A DNA stretch of 64,000 nt from an uncultured Acidimicrobiia bacterium (GTDB lineage: Bacteria; Actinomycetota; Acidimicrobiia; Acidimicrobiales; JACDCH01): the NCBI GenBank assembly GCA_963821725.1, contig CAWGFA010000007.1, positions 71,914 to 135,913 on the forward strand. Reading direction: 5' to 3'. Below the pieces are notes generated by a model. It did not search any database. It was not told where the DNA came from and worked only from the letters and a program-made list of their open reading frames with translations. A program made the translations under genes and the position numbers. Of the stretch, positions 52,647-61,933 are shown in pieces (the stretch's first letter is position 1; each line of letters starts with the position of its first letter).

Positions 52647-53159
52647 CTATTCGAAGATCCGGATCTCACCCTGTGACGCCTCGACGACCGCGATCGCGGC
52701 TTCATGGAGCTGCTGGTGCAGCGTCCGGAACAGCGCAACTTCCTCGTCGAAGGTCTCGCCGTTGTCGACCTCGTCGTCGTCTCCCGCCGCCTCGCCGATG
52801 CTGAGCTGCTCGAGCGCCGCGTCCCAGTCCGTCCCCGCCACCTGACGTCGCAGCCTCAAGTCGGGTGCCTGCAGGAGCGCTCGGTCGAGGTCGTTCACGA
52901 TTGCCACAACGACATCTGTTGTCGTACGCACACCGGGCGTCGCCAACAGGCGGAGCGCTTGAAGCTTGCGCATGGCGAGTGCGGCGATCATCTCCGGGTC
53001 CCCGAGCTCGACGACAGCGGAGTCGATGTCGGCGAGATCGAGGGGCACGGATGCAGGAACGTCGAACCAGCGTCGCAGGATGGCGAACAAGTCCTCGGTG
53101 ACGTCGTGCAACGCGAGGAGCTCGTCCGGCTTCGGAATCGCTTCGATCGGGTCAGTCAT
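52647..53159 (-). CDS. hypothetical protein (acidic, helical)
   Basis: 170-aa ORF with typical high-GC codon usage. Confidence 0.75.
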   Translation of the reverse strand: MTDPIEAIPKPDELLALHDVTEDLFAILRRWFDVPASVPLDLADIDSAVVELGDPEMIAALAMRKLQALRLLATPGVRTTTDVVVAIVNDLDRALLQAPDLRLRRQVAGTDWDAALEQLSIGEAAGDDDEVDNGETFDEEVALFRTLHQQLHEAAIAVVEASQGEIRIFE

Positions 53160-53223
53160 AACGCGAACTGGCGTTCATCAGCCACACGCCGTGTGGGTAC
53201 TGCACGTCGAAACAGACGTGGGC

Positions 53224-53661
53224 TCATCGTCTCAGGTGCGCGGTGACGAGCAGTCGCACGGTCGTTCCGCCGCCCTCGCGACGGAAGTCGATCTCGTCGG
53301 TCAGCTCACGCATCAGCGGGATCCCGAGTCCGCGCTCGAACATCAGCCGCGCCGGCTTGGTCACGTCGGGATGCGGGGTGATGGCGTCGGGATCGAAGCC
53401 GCCTCCTTCATCGTGCACTTCGACAGCCACGTAGTCCGCCTCGAGGTCGCAGGTGACGACGACGGGCTCGCGCTCGAGCTCGGGCTTGCGTCGCTCGGCG
53501 TCGATGGCGTTGGCGCACGCCTCGGTGACCGCGAGACGCAGGTCTTCGATGCGACGGTCGGGCAGCTTGGAACCCGTCTCGGCGATCAACGTGACGATCG
53601 AGCGGACCAGCGACAGGAACTCCGGCCGGGCGGGAACATCGAGCTCGATGCGATCGCCCAT
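53224..53661 (-). CDS. anti-sigma factor (RsbW-like HATPase_c kinase)
   Basis: DLRLAVTEACANA, VHDEGGGFD, ERGLGIPLM..LTD. Confidence 0.9.
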   Translation of the reverse strand: MGDRIELDVPARPEFLSLVRSIVTLIAETGSKLPDRRIEDLRLAVTEACANAIDAERRKPELEREPVVVTCDLEADYVAVEVHDEGGGFDPDAITPHPDVTKPARLMFERGLGIPLMRELTDEIDFRREGGGTTVRLLVTAHLRR

Positions 53662-53670
53662 GCCGCAGCG

Positions 53671-54018
53671 TTACTCCCGAGCGCCGCCCTTGACGGCGTC
53701 TTCGACCGACGTACACAGGTCGAAGGCGCTGTCGAGCCTGGTTATCTCGAACACTTTCCGCACCCGTGGCTGGTTACAGACGATGCGGAGCTCACCACCC
53801 TCCGTGCGTGCTCGCTTCAAGACACCGACGAGCACGCCGAGCGCGGTGGAGTCGAGGAAGGTCACATCGTCGAGGTCGATGATCAGCTGCAGCTTCCCGT
53901 CGGCGAGGAGGCTGTGCAGCTTCTCGCGCAGGCTGGGAGCAGTGGCGATGTCGATCTCGCCGCTCACAGCGAGAACGGTCCACTCGCCTTCTTCGTGTAC
54001 GACGAGGCCGAGATCCAT
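53671..54018 (-). CDS. STAS-domain anti-sigma factor antagonist (BldG/RsbV-like)
   Basis: VSGEIDIATAPSLR, FLDSTALGVL, KVFEITRL. Divergent from the helicase, as at the Streptomyces bldG locus. Confidence 0.92.
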   Translation of the reverse strand: MDLGLVVHEEGEWTVLAVSGEIDIATAPSLREKLHSLLADGKLQLIIDLDDVTFLDSTALGVLVGVLKRARTEGGELRIVCNQPRVRKVFEITRLDSAFDLCTSVEDAVKGGARE

Positions 54019-54105
54019 GCAATGACGACCCTACCCGACGACCGGCAACCGCCCTGATCACACCCCTGTAACTACACCGGTGGAACGCCTAGGCTCGCGC
54101 GTGCC

Positions 54106-56399
54106 ATGGCGCTGCTCGAGCACGGTCTTGCCGTCGGCGGGCTGTCGCGCCTGCTCGCCGACCTCGAAGCGGACGGCCGGCTCGTGTACGCGGAGCGAAT
54201 CGCGCCCCGGCCGGCGCGTACGGGGGCCCCGCGACAGCCGTTGCGACCCGCGGTGCGAGAACGTCTCCCCATCGACGCGCTCTGGTCGCATCAGGCCGAG
54301 GCCATCGACCTCATCCGCGACCACCACAACGTTGCGATTGCCACCGGCACTGCCTCCGGGAAGTCGCTCTGCTATCAGGTACCAGTTTCCGAGGCGGCGA
54401 CGGATCCGATCCGTCCCGGCACGACGTTGATGGTCTTTCCGACCAAGGCGCTCGCCCACGACCAGTTGCGTGCGCTCTCGGATCTCGAGCTTCCCGGGTT
54501 GGTCGCGGCCGCGTACGACGGCGACTGCACGCCCGAGGAGCGAACGTGGGTCCGTCGCAACGCGAACGTCGTGCTGACGAATCCGGAGATGCTGCACTGC
54601 GCGTTGTTGCCACACCATGCGCGATGGGCAACGTTCCTGATGCGCCTCCGGTACGTCGTGCTCGACGAACTGCACGTGTTCCGGGGAGTGTTCGGAACCC
54701 ACACCGCGCACCTGCTCCGCAGACTGCGCCGCGTGTGCGCGTCCTACGCCGCCACGCCCAGCTTCATCGCCGCGTCCGCCACGATCGGAGAACCCGCCGA
54801 GCTGGCGACGGCGCTGTGGGGAGATGCTGTCACTGCGGTCACCGAAGACGGTTCGCCCCGCGGCGAGCGCATCGTCGCGTTGTGCAATCCACTGCAGTTC
54901 GACGACGTGCGCGTCTCCTCGCACTCCGAGACGGCAGGGCTGTTGACGTCGTTGATCTCCTCAGGCCATCGATCGATCGGCTTCTGTCGCAGCCGTCGAG
55001 GGACAGAGGTCGTCGCCGCCGACGTTCGCCGTCGTCTTCCAGACGATCTCGCCGACGTCGTTCGTCCCTACCGCGGCGGCTACCTACCCGAGGAGCGACG
55101 CGAGATCGAAGGCGAGCTGTTCGGTGGGCGACTCGCGCGGTGTCGTCGCCACCACCGCGCTCGAGCTCGGCGTCGACATCGGCGGTCTCGACGCCTGTGT
55201 GCTCGACGGGTTCCCGGGCACGATCGCGTCGATGCGCCAGCAGATGGGGCGCGCCGGCCGAGAGCGGCAGGAGTCCCTGGCGGTTCTCGTCGCCGGACAG
55301 GATCAGCTCGATCAGTGGCTGATGGCCCATCCCACGGAAGTGATCACCCGGCCACCAGAGCCGGCAGTGATCAATCCGTCCAATCCCTTCATCCTCCTGC
55401 CGCATCTCGGCTGTGCGGCGTTCGAACTGCCGTTGACACCTGGGGACGAGCGCTGGTGGCCGGACATCGACGACGCGGTGCGGTCGCTCGTGCTCGACGA
55501 CCGCCTGAAGGTTCGCCAACCCACATCACGCCGTCCGTCCGCCCACCGCCGTCTGGGCAGGTCGTGGCTTTCCCGCGCACGGCATCGGACTGCGCTCGGG
55601 ATCGACGTGCGACTATCGCATCGTCCGCGACGACGACACGCTCGTGGGCACCGTGGACGAAGCCCGGGCCTTCGAAATGGTCCATCCCGGTGCCGTCTAC
55701 ATGCATCAGGGCACGACGTACCGGGTCGTCGATCTCGATCTTCAGGACCGGCTGGCGACGGTCGAGATGTGCGACGGCACCGAGTACACCGTCGCCCGCA
55801 CCGATGTCACGATGCGAGTGCTGAGTCGTGACCGTTGCCGCGCGGTCGGCCGCGCCGGGCTCCATCTCGGATCGATCGAAGTCGCGTCACAGGTCACGGG
55901 ATATCAGCGGAAGGCAATCGCGTCCGGAGAGGTGCTCGGCACCGAAGCGCTCGACCTGCCTCCGTCGCGACTGGTGACCCGCGGCGTCTGGTACACGGTG
56001 GAGCCGTCAGATCTATCCCTGGCCGAGGTCGCACCGGGGGCGTGGCCAGGAACGCTGCACGCAGTCGAGCACGCAGCCATCGGCATCCTCCCCTTGTTCA
56101 CGATCTGCGATCGGTGGGACGTCGGGGGCGTCTCGACCGCTCGCCAAGCGGACACGCAGTTGCCGACCATCGTCATCTACGACGGCTATCCCGGTGGCGC
56201 AGGTATCGCGGAACTGGGGTATGACGCGGCCGACCGACATCTCGCGACGACACTCGAAGTGATCGAGGGATGCGGATGCACTGACGGATGCCCGTCGTGC
56301 ATCCAGTCACCGAAGTGTGGCAACTGGAACGAGCCGCTCGACAAGGCAGGGTCGGTCGCCTTGTTGCGTCACCTCCTCGATCATCGGCCGAACCGCTAA
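54106..56399 (+). CDS. DEAD/DEAH-box helicase with DUF1998 (Hrq1/SftH-like), frameshifts near 55135 and 55530
   Basis: TGTASGKS, DELH, SAT, TTALELGVDIG, QQMGRAGR, C.CTDGCPSCIQSPKCGN. Confidence 0.93.
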
Positions 56400-56440
56400 C
56401 ACGCTCTCGTCAGTTCTCGGCGGTCCTCGAACATCGGCGA

Positions 56441-56833
56441 TCATTCGACTCGCATGGTGGCCTCGCCTTCGAGGTGGACCTCGCCGATGAGGCCGCCGAT
56501 GAGCGGTACATCCGTCGGCGCGTCGTAGGTCACCCGTACGGTGACGTGACTCCCGCGGAGACCGCGGCCTTCGACGTCGACACGCATGCGCGTCGCGTCG
56601 AGCGAGGACGCGTGTTCCGCTGCGTCAACCGCGGCACTGGGGTCGGGATCGACGGCCACGGCCCGCGCTGCCTCGCGGGCCGCGTGCGTCACCAGCACCT
56701 GCGCTCGGACGAGGATGCCCACCTGTACGACCGCGAGGAGAAGCAGGGCGACGAAGGGCAGCACGAGTGCGGCCTCGACCGTTGCTTGACCCCTCGTATC
56801 GCGGCAGGCCCCGGACGCCGGCGCGTCGTTCAC
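56441..56833 (-). CDS. tadE: TadE family pseudopilin
   Basis: RGQATVEAALVLP...AAREAARA. Confidence 0.85.
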   Translation of the reverse strand: MNDAPASGACRDTRGQATVEAALVLPFVALLLLAVVQVGILVRAQVLVTHAAREAARAVAVDPDPSAAVDAAEHASSLDATRMRVDVEGRGLRGSHVTVRVTYDAPTDVPLIGGLIGEVHLEGEATMRVE

Positions 56834-57030
56834 AGCTTGGACAGCACGTGATCGATCACCGCGTCGAACAGTTGGGTGATCTTGCCGGACTTCGTGGCCC
56901 ATGCGACGAGCACGAGCGCGACCGCGGCGGCGCCGAGCAACACCAATGCGTACTCGGCCGTGGTCTGGCCGCGGTCCTCACGTCGCAATCGAAGCGATTG
57001 CACTTGCAGATGCACGAACACAGACAGCAT
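56830..57030 (-). CDS. Flp pilin (DUF4244-like)
   Basis: DRG|QTTAEYALVLLGAAAVAL, a class III signal with E5/Y6. Confidence 0.87.
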   Translation of the reverse strand: MLSVFVHLQVQSLRLRREDRGQTTAEYALVLLGAAAVALVLVAWATKSGKITQLFDAVIDHVLSKL

Positions 57031-57077
57031 GAAGACTCCCGTTGGTCGAGTGTCCGCGAGCGCGGACACTGCACACG

Positions 57078-57722
57078 TCAATCGAGGCTCAGCGACCCGA
57101 GGGCGCCGGCGAGCAAGGGCGCGACCGTGAGCGCACCGAAGGCGGGGAGGATGCACAGCACCAGGGGAAACAACAGCTTTACTGGCACGCGCCGTGCTGC
57201 TTCTTCCGCGCGCCGGCGGCGATCGAGGCGGGCCTCGCCAGCCAGACGTTCGAGTGCGGGCAAGAGAGGCGTGCCATACCGCTCGGATGAGACAAGAGCG
57301 CTGACCAGGGGATGCACGTGCTCACCGGTCATGGCGGGAAGCTGGTCGAACGCGTCGGCCACGCCGATACCCCGCTCGATGCGAGCCACGACTCCGGTGA
57401 GCGGATCTGCCCACGACGGTGGTGCCCGACTCGCAACCGCGACGACGGCCAAGCGCAGGTTGAGCCCGCTGCCGATCGCCAGAGTGAACAGATCGACTAC
57501 GTCGGCGAGCTCTCGAGCGGAGGTCGCGACCGCCCGGCGGCGACGGCGACGCGTGCGCACACGGACACGAAGCTCGACGAGTTGCGCGGCACGCGGCAGA
57601 CGAAGCGGACCGCGGACAGCCAGCCCGGGCAACCCACGTCGAATCGCGCGTGGGCGTACGACGATCAAGACCATGAGCAACCCGACGAACCAGGCCATGC
57701 CGAACCACGCCGGAACCCTCAT
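57078..57722 (-). CDS. tadC: TadC / T2SS F-family protein
   Basis: LADVVDLF.LAIGSG, ERYGTPL...L.RLA.EAR, VKLLFPLVLCILPAF. Confidence 0.85.
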   Translation of the reverse strand: MRVPAWFGMAWFVGLLMVLIVVRPRAIRRGLPGLAVRGPLRLPRAAQLVELRVRVRTRRRRRRAVATSARELADVVDLFTLAIGSGLNLRLAVVAVASRAPPSWADPLTGVVARIERGIGVADAFDQLPAMTGEHVHPLVSALVSSERYGTPLLPALERLAGEARLDRRRRAEEAARRVPVKLLFPLVLCILPAFGALTVAPLLAGALGSLSLD

Positions 57723-58483
57723 GGGATCGCCGCCAGCCGGTGCATCCAAGCCGCACCCACGCCGTCGAGCACGACGCCGACGACGAGGCAGGCCATGCCC
57801 GCGGGAGTCCGCAACAAGAAGTCGATCGTGCGCGGCTCGAGCGCCGCGGCGATGACCGCGAACCCCAACGGTGCGACGCCGATCACGACCGCGGAAGCAC
57901 GAGCCTGGCTCGACAGCGCCCGGACCTCGCGTCGCACTGCGTTGCGGTCTCGCAGCGTCGCGGCGACACCGTCGAGCGAGCGCGCCGCGGCGCCACCGAG
58001 CTCTGCCGAGAGCGCGAGCGCGGCACCCGTCAGGCGAACGCCGTCGCCGGTCATCGAGGACGTCCACGCGTCGATGGCGTTGACCAGCGGAACACCTCGC
58101 TCTGCCGCGACGACCAGCGCGTTGATGCTCTCGCGCAACCGAGGTGGCACGTTCGCGGTCGCCTCGGACAATGCGATGCGCAACGAAGTCCCGGATCGCA
58201 GGGACCGGGCGGTGGCTTCGAGCAGGTTGGGCAACGCGAGGTCGACCTGCAGCGCTGCTCGCCCTCGCAAGGCGCCCAAGGCGACCCATGCGCCGACGAC
58301 CGACGCGATCGCGGTCACGGCTGCCATCGACCACCCACCGACCGCGAGCGCGAGCAACTCAGCGGCTACCACGACACCGGCGGCCACTCGAAGGACGATG
58401 TCGTTCGACCACGGGAGGGCGGCGTCGTCGAGGCGGCGCTCGATGCTTCGCCGCAAGCCTGACGCGCCCATCATCGCAGCCAC
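57719..58483 (-). CDS. tadB: TadB / T2SS F-family protein
   Basis: LPNLLEATARSLRSGTSL, GGAAARSLDGVAATLRDR..VRREVRALSSQARAS. Confidence 0.85.
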   Translation of the reverse strand: MAAMMGASGLRRSIERRLDDAALPWSNDIVLRVAAGVVVAAELLALAVGGWSMAAVTAIASVVGAWVALGALRGRAALQVDLALPNLLEATARSLRSGTSLRIALSEATANVPPRLRESINALVVAAERGVPLVNAIDAWTSSMTGDGVRLTGAALALSAELGGAAARSLDGVAATLRDRNAVRREVRALSSQARASAVVIGVAPLGFAVIAAALEPRTIDFLLRTPAGMACLVVGVVLDGVGAAWMHRLAAIP

Positions 58484-59664
58484 CTCGCATCCGCCGGCGG
58501 GCCCGGTGCTCGCATCGTTCGATGCGGCAACGACTGCAGCACGCCGTCGACTGCGAGCAACCGGACCCGCTCGGCCGCGGACGCCGTCGTCACCTCCGCC
58601 ACCTGTGTGACCTGTCTCGAGCCGTCACCCGCTCGGACGATGTGCACCACGAGATCGACGGCGGCCGACAACTGCTCGCGCACTGCTTCGAGCGGTAGCG
58701 CGACGTCGCTCATCAACACCATGGTCTCCAACCGCCGCAACGCGTCCGGCGGCGAGTTCGCGTGACAGGTTGACAGCGAGCCTTCGTGCCCGGTGTTCAT
58801 CGCTTGGACCATGTCGAGGGCTTCGCCGCCCCGCACTTCGCCGACGATGATGCGGTCAGGGCGCATACGGAGCGCGTTGCGGACCAGCGAGCGGACCGTC
58901 ACCGAGCCGAGCCCGTCGGCGTTCGCAGGGCGCGCCTCGAGGCGTACGACGTGCTCGCCGGGAAGGCGCAGCTCGGCTGCGTCTTCGACGGTCACGACGC
59001 GCTCGCCCCGAGGAATGCCTGCCGCGAGCGCATTGAGCAACGTCGTCTTGCCTGCCCCGGTTCCGCCGCTCACGATGATGTTGCTTCGTCGCCGGACGGC
59101 CCAGTCGAGCAATTCGGCGATCGCCGGCGCGCACAGCTCGCGCAACTCGATCGGGCGGGCGCGGAATCGCCGGATCGTGACGCACGGACCGTCGACGGCA
59201 AGCGGCGGGATGACGACGTTGACCCGTGAGCCATCGGGCAGGCGGGCATCGATGACGGGACTCGTTCGGTCGACGCGGAGTCCCAACGGCGTGACGATCC
59301 GTTCGATCAGCTGGTACACGTCGCGGGCGCCGAGCCGGAGATCCGTGCGTTCGAGTGCCCCCTGACGCTCGACCCACACGGGACCGGAGCCGTTGACCAT
59401 GACCTCGGTGATCTCGGGATCACCGAGCAGGGGCTCGAGTGCGTCGAGTCCGGTGGTACGAGCGAGGATCCGATCCACGAGATCCTCGAGAACCTCGGCT
59501 CGAGCGAGCGGATGCTCGCGCCGAGCGAGACGAGCGACGTCTTCTCTCGTCGTCGCCACGCGCGTGTCGTCGATCGCAACACGCGCATGCAGCGACTCGA
59601 TCATGCCGTCCAGACCGTCGCCCACCCTGACTCCGCTACGGTCCGGGTCGCGCTCAGGCAGCAT
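58471..59664 (-). CDS. tadA: CpaF/TadA pilus assembly ATPase
   Basis: DARLPDGSRVN, GGTGAGKTT, EDAAEL, ALRMRPDRIIVGEVRG, AMNTGHEG. Confidence 0.95.
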   Translation of the reverse strand: MLPERDPDRSGVRVGDGLDGMIESLHARVAIDDTRVATTREDVARLARREHPLARAEVLEDLVDRILARTTGLDALEPLLGDPEITEVMVNGSGPVWVERQGALERTDLRLGARDVYQLIERIVTPLGLRVDRTSPVIDARLPDGSRVNVVIPPLAVDGPCVTIRRFRARPIELRELCAPAIAELLDWAVRRRSNIIVSGGTGAGKTTLLNALAAGIPRGERVVTVEDAAELRLPGEHVVRLEARPANADGLGSVTVRSLVRNALRMRPDRIIVGEVRGGEALDMVQAMNTGHEGSLSTCHANSPPDALRRLETMVLMSDVALPLEAVREQLSAAVDLVVHIVRAGDGSRQVTQVAEVTTASAAERVRLLAVDGVLQSLPHRTMRAPGPPADARWLR

Positions 59665-60325
59665 GACGCAGCTCCCGCTCGAGCGTGCGCGGCAACCTGC
59701 TGGCCAGCAACCCGGCGTCGACGGCCCGGGCCACCTGTGCCGTGACGCTCACCGCCGCTCGCACCGGTGCGCCGAGAACTTCTTCGACGTCCGAGGGCGT
59801 CAGGGCGCGACCCTCTTCGACCACGAGCACCACACCGGTCGGCCGTATCGGCGCGCGCACCGCTCGACGCAGGGCAAGGAAGCACGGCCGTACGACGAGC
59901 AGCGAGTGGTCGGCGTTGGCCGCGACTGCGGCGACGAGCTCGGTGCGGCCCGTCGGTGCATCGGCGCCGACGCATCCGCCGTCCACGACGACCGAGCGCG
60001 GATCGGTGGCGAGCAACGCGGCGAGCGCCGAGGATCGCGACAAGTGCGGCTCGCCGTTGCCGCGCGGCAGCAATGCCAGCCCAGGACGGACCGGGATCTC
60101 GACGCGGGCGAGTCCGTCAGCGGGGACGTGCTCGCCTCCGTCGAGCCAATCGGCGACGCCCGAGCCAGCGGGTTCGTCCGCCAGTCCGAGCACCGCCGGA
60201 ACGTCACCCGCAAGATCCACGATGAGCGCGCCGGCCGGACATGACCTGCTGAGCACCACCGCAAGCGCCGCCGCCACGACGGTGGTGCCGGATCCACCCT
60301 TCGACGACCAACAACACACGAGCAC
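59654..60325 (-). CDS. CpaE/Ssd-like (MinD/ParA) pilus-associated protein
   Basis: VLVCCWSSKGGSGTT, SLLVVRPCFLALRRA, VARAVDAGLL. GGGAGA RBS before GTG at 60325. Confidence 0.85.
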   Translation of the reverse strand: MLVCCWSSKGGSGTTVVAAALAVVLSRSCPAGALIVDLAGDVPAVLGLADEPAGSGVADWLDGGEHVPADGLARVEIPVRPGLALLPRGNGEPHLSRSSALAALLATDPRSVVVDGGCVGADAPTGRTELVAAVAANADHSLLVVRPCFLALRRAVRAPIRPTGVVLVVEEGRALTPSDVEEVLGAPVRAAVSVTAQVARAVDAGLLASRLPRTLERELRHAA

Positions 60326-60420
60326 GCTTCTCTCCCACGCGCGACAAACGACCGAGACGTGAGGGAAGCGAAGCCCGAAGGCGAGCCGCCGGCACCCGAA
60401 GGGGGCGTACCGGTGACGGC
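60326..60420 (-). promoter_or_regulatory. structured 5' leader of tad operon
   Basis: Two C-UUCG-G tetraloop hairpins plus CGCUUCCCUCACG complementary to the RBS region CGUGGGAGAGAAGCG. Confidence 0.5.
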
Positions 60421-60426
60421 AACCCC

Positions 60427-60454
60427 ACCCTACGCAGGTGGTGTGACACCGACA
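60427..60454 (-). promoter_or_regulatory. putative promoter TGTCAC-N10-TAGGGT (RecA-NDp/PafBC-like spacing)
   Basis: Minus strand TGTCGG TGTCAC ACCACCTGCG TAGGGT. Confidence 0.45.
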
Positions 60455-60467
60455 AGAGGTGCTGTGC

Positions 60468-61330
60468 TCAGGCGGCGTCGAGAACTCGTTGGCGTCGGGC
60501 CCGCACGGTGTCGGCCGGCCATGGTGGACGTCGGCGGGGGTGTGCAGCGCGATGCCGGAGTGGCGGTGGTGGTGGTTGTAGTGCTCGAAGAAGCTGTCGA
60601 CGAAGGCGCGGGCGTGGGTGATGGAGGCGAACCGTTTCGGGAACGTCGGGAAGTACTTCAGCGTCTTGAAGTGGGCTTCGCTGAACGGGTTGTCGTTGGA
60701 TTGGTGGGGCCGGGAGTGGGATTGCAGCACGCCGAGATCGGCGAGGAGCTGGGTGACGGTCTTCGAGGTCATCGATGTGCCCCGGTCGGCGTGCAGGGTG
60801 AGCCGGCCGTTATCGATTGGTTGTTGGTAGACGGTGTCGGCGATGAGCTGTTCGGCGAGTCGAGCTGATTCGCGTGACGCGACGAGCCAGCCGACGGCGT
60901 AGCGGCTGTAGACGTCGAAGATGACGTAGAGGTGGAACCAGTTCCACTTGTAGGGGCCGGCGAGTTTGGTGATGTCCCAGGACCACACTTGGTTGGGGCC
61001 GGTGGCGACCAGCTCTGGTTTGACCGTCGGCGGCCGGCGAGCCTGGGCGCGTCGTTCGCGGACCTGGGCTCGAGCGCGTAGGAGCCGGTACATGGTCGAG
61101 ATCGACGCCAGGTAGACGTCTTCGTCGAGCAGCGTGGCCCAGATCTGGGCGGGGGCCTGGTCGCAGAACCGTTCGCTGTTCAACACGTTGACGATCGCGT
61201 CTGCTTCGGTGTCGCTGAGCGCTCGGGGTGAGCGTGGTCGGGGAGGGGGCGGGCCGTGCATCGGTCGGCGGGTGCGGTAGTGGCTGGCCCGGGACCGTCC
61301 CAGCGCTTGGCACGCGGTCTTGCGCGCCAC
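60468..61330 (-). CDS. IS3-family transposase OrfB (rve integrase core), 3' truncated, start uncertain
   Basis: DDE motifs WDIT, HADRG, PFSEAHFKTLK. Confidence 0.88.
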
Positions 61331-61377
61331 GCCTGCGTCGACGAGCTCGTCGACGCCGGTGTCGAGGACGGCGGTGA

Positions 61378-61768
61378 CTACTCGTCGGTGGCCGCGCTCT
61401 TCGAGATGTCCTCCAAGAGCGCGTGCACTTTTCCCTGGACCTCGATGATCACCTCGGCCTGGGCAAGCTTGGTGCGCAGCCGTTCGTTCTCGGCTTTGAG
61501 TCGCGCCACCTCGCTCCTTGACGGTCCGCCCCGACCGCCGTCTGAGCGGCCGACCGCCGCTTTCAACAGACCCTGTCGGTGCTGGCGGCGCCAGTCGGTG
61601 AGCAGACTCGAGTACAAACCCTCGCGGCGCAAAATGGCGCCCTTCTCGCCGGACTCGGTGCAGGCGTCGTACTCGGCCAGGATGGCCAGCTTGTATTCGG
61701 CTGTGAACACCCGCCGGACAGGGTGGCGAACGCGGAGGTCGGCCGCTGCCGTCACTGGAGACGCCATC
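61378..61768 (-). CDS. IS3-family transposase OrfA
   Basis: HTH region followed by coiled coil EVARLKAENERLRTKLAQAEVIIEVQGKVHALL. Confidence 0.85.
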
Positions 61769-61933
61769 GTCGATATGCCAAGTATCGGCGCGGTCGCCGC
61801 CGAGTGCCGGCGGGTCCCTAGCGGGACCGACGCCGGCCGTGCTCCTGCTCGGCTCCGAGCGCTCGCTTCAGTGTCAGGACCGTTCATCGGGCGGACACCG
61901 GTTGGTGATGTGGCCCCGTTAGGGTCGCGACGC

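Larger units (their letters stand above)
60468..61768 (-). mobile_element. truncated IS3-family insertion sequence (orfA+orfB), no terminal repeats seen
   Basis: orfA RRVFTAEYKLAILAEYD...LRREGLYSS. orfB WSWDITKL, HADRG, SNDNPFSEA (DDE). orfB ends abruptly at RQRVLDAA*. Confidence 0.85.

Noticed and set aside
59654-61330. 558-aa ORF apparently fusing an IS3 transposase to a CpaE-like ATPase
   Set aside because: A frameshift near 60515 makes the frame run through the promoter and leader. The transposase-like sequence ends in another frame (RQRVLDAA*), and the CpaE-like gene has its own RBS and GTG at 60325.
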